NCBI GenBank assembly: GCA_036749735.1 | Contig: DAINXV010000001.1 | Span: forward strand, 449,870 to 513,869 | Direction: 5' to 3' | DNA from: Mycobacteriaceae bacterium | GTDB taxonomy: Bacteria > Actinomycetota > Actinomycetes > Mycobacteriales > Mycobacteriaceae | Length of the DNA: 64,000 nucleotides | Shown here: piece by piece, positions 63,261 to 64,000 of the stretch | How positions within the stretch are numbered: the stretch's first letter is position 1 | How the letters are laid out: every line of letters begins with the position of its first letter | The notes under the pieces: generated by a model | Databases searched by the model: none | What the model saw: the letters and a program-made list of their open reading frames with translations, nothing else | Told to the model about the DNA's origin: nothing | Program-made: the position numbers and the translations under genes

Positions 63261-63770
63261 GTGAGCATTAAAGACCGTTTAGGAAAGGGCGCTGACACCA
63301 CCACCGCTCAAAATCCGGGAATCGCTATGTACGATGCGATTCCACAGCCGAAGGATGCGAGTATTGGGCAACTGGTGAAGACTGCCAGCGAGCAGATTTC
63401 CACTCTTGTCCGCTCGGAGATTGAACTCGCCAAGGCGGAAATCGGTCTGCAGATAAAACGCGGCACCGTCGGATCCATCTTCTTTATCCTGGCAGCTGCC
63501 TGCGCTCTTATCTCCTTCTTCCCCTTCGTCATGATGTGGGCTCATCTCTTCGCCCTCTGGCTCGGAACTAAGACCTGGGTCTGGTGCGGCTACATGATTA
63601 TTACCCTCATCCTCTGGGTCTTCGCAGCGATCTTCGTAGGTATCGGCATCTGGAAGGTCAAGCAAGTCGAGAAGCCAGAGAAGACCATGGACTCGATTAA
63701 CGAACTGAAGCAGGTTGTTCCCAGCGGAAAGACCAATAACGCTCCCAAGAACTACACCTACTTGCAGTAA
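63261..63770 (+). CDS. Holin-X-like (actinobacterial phage-holin superfamily III) small membrane protein
   Basis: 169 aa. It has an amphipathic LVRSEIELAKAEI segment followed by two TM helices. The layout is typical of the PF07332-type family. Confidence 0.6.
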   Translation: MSIKDRLGKGADTTTAQNPGIAMYDAIPQPKDASIGQLVKTASEQISTLVRSEIELAKAEIGLQIKRGTVGSIFFILAAACALISFFPFVMMWAHLFALWLGTKTWVWCGYMIITLILWVFAAIFVGIGIWKVKQVEKPEKTMDSINELKQVVPSGKTNNAPKNYTYLQ

Positions 63771-63788
63771 CTTCGTTACTTCACTCCC

Positions 63789-64000
63789 CTAATAGAAAAT
63801 GAGTTCAACTCGAGCAGTACCGCCTGCGCTGCCCGAACCGGATAGTGTATGTACTCCCGGTCCGTGGCAGCATCGGGCGGTTTCTACTAACGGCATCCAC
63901 CTGCATGTCGCAGATGTTCTCCCGGACAACTGGGAGGAGCGTCACCAACCTGGTGAACTTCCCCACTTAGTGCTATTTATTCACGGATACGCGGAAAACT
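63789..64000 (+). CDS. alpha/beta hydrolase (epoxide-hydrolase-like), 5' partial at the window end
   Basis: Open frame from ATG 63789 to the window edge, encoding ...NGIHLHVADV...LVLFIHGYAEN (the HG-containing oxyanion region). The ORF track omits it because it runs off the end. Confidence 0.5.

Noticed and set aside
62221-63770. GH25 plus holin-like pair; considered as a prophage lysis cassette.
   Set aside because: No integrase, terminase, capsid, tail or repressor genes are present, and there are no att repeats. The muramidase has a Sec signal peptide, so it does not need a holin.

Overview
This window is a high-GC (roughly 57-60%) actinobacterial chromosome segment, most likely from a lipophilic Corynebacterium or a close mycolic-acid-containing relative. 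The backbone is a conserved housekeeping block. As I recall it, the gene order matches the Mycobacterium tuberculosis Rv3580c-Rv3661 region: cysS-ispF-ispD-carD, mutY, clpC, lysS, panC, an Ala/Arg/Glu-rich membrane protein, a DUF3180 membrane protein, folK-folB-folP-folE-ftsH, hpt-tilS-dacB, ppa, holB, topA, an MrfA/Rv3649-like helicase, a tad/Flp pilus locus, and a HAD-IB phosphatase. This backbone is interrupted by accessory insertions. A NADH:flavin oxidoreductase sits between clpC and lysS. A GlpT/UhpT-family transporter and an Ag85-like esterase sit between lysS and panC. A roughly 15 kb accessory stretch lies between ppa and tRNA-Thr(CGT). That stretch contains an RHH-SPFH pair, three secreted lipase genes (one visibly frameshifted, plus a fourth paralog near mutY), adhE, a lipoprotein operon with a large Pro/Gly-rich protein, a YfeX-like Dyp peroxidase, an ABC-2 exporter, and an S1 protease-like protein abutting the tRNA. 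A Flp pilin gene of 59 codons is missing from the ORF track. The 0.85 kb intergenic region after the HAD gene is AT-rich and carries a GC-rich structured segment, two tandem intrinsic terminators, and a C-rich two-hairpin element resembling 6C RNA. It also carries a triple GTAACATTR repeat that overlaps the start codon of a secreted GH25 muramidase, which is followed by a Holin-X-like protein. No rRNA, CRISPR array, transposase or integrase was recognised.
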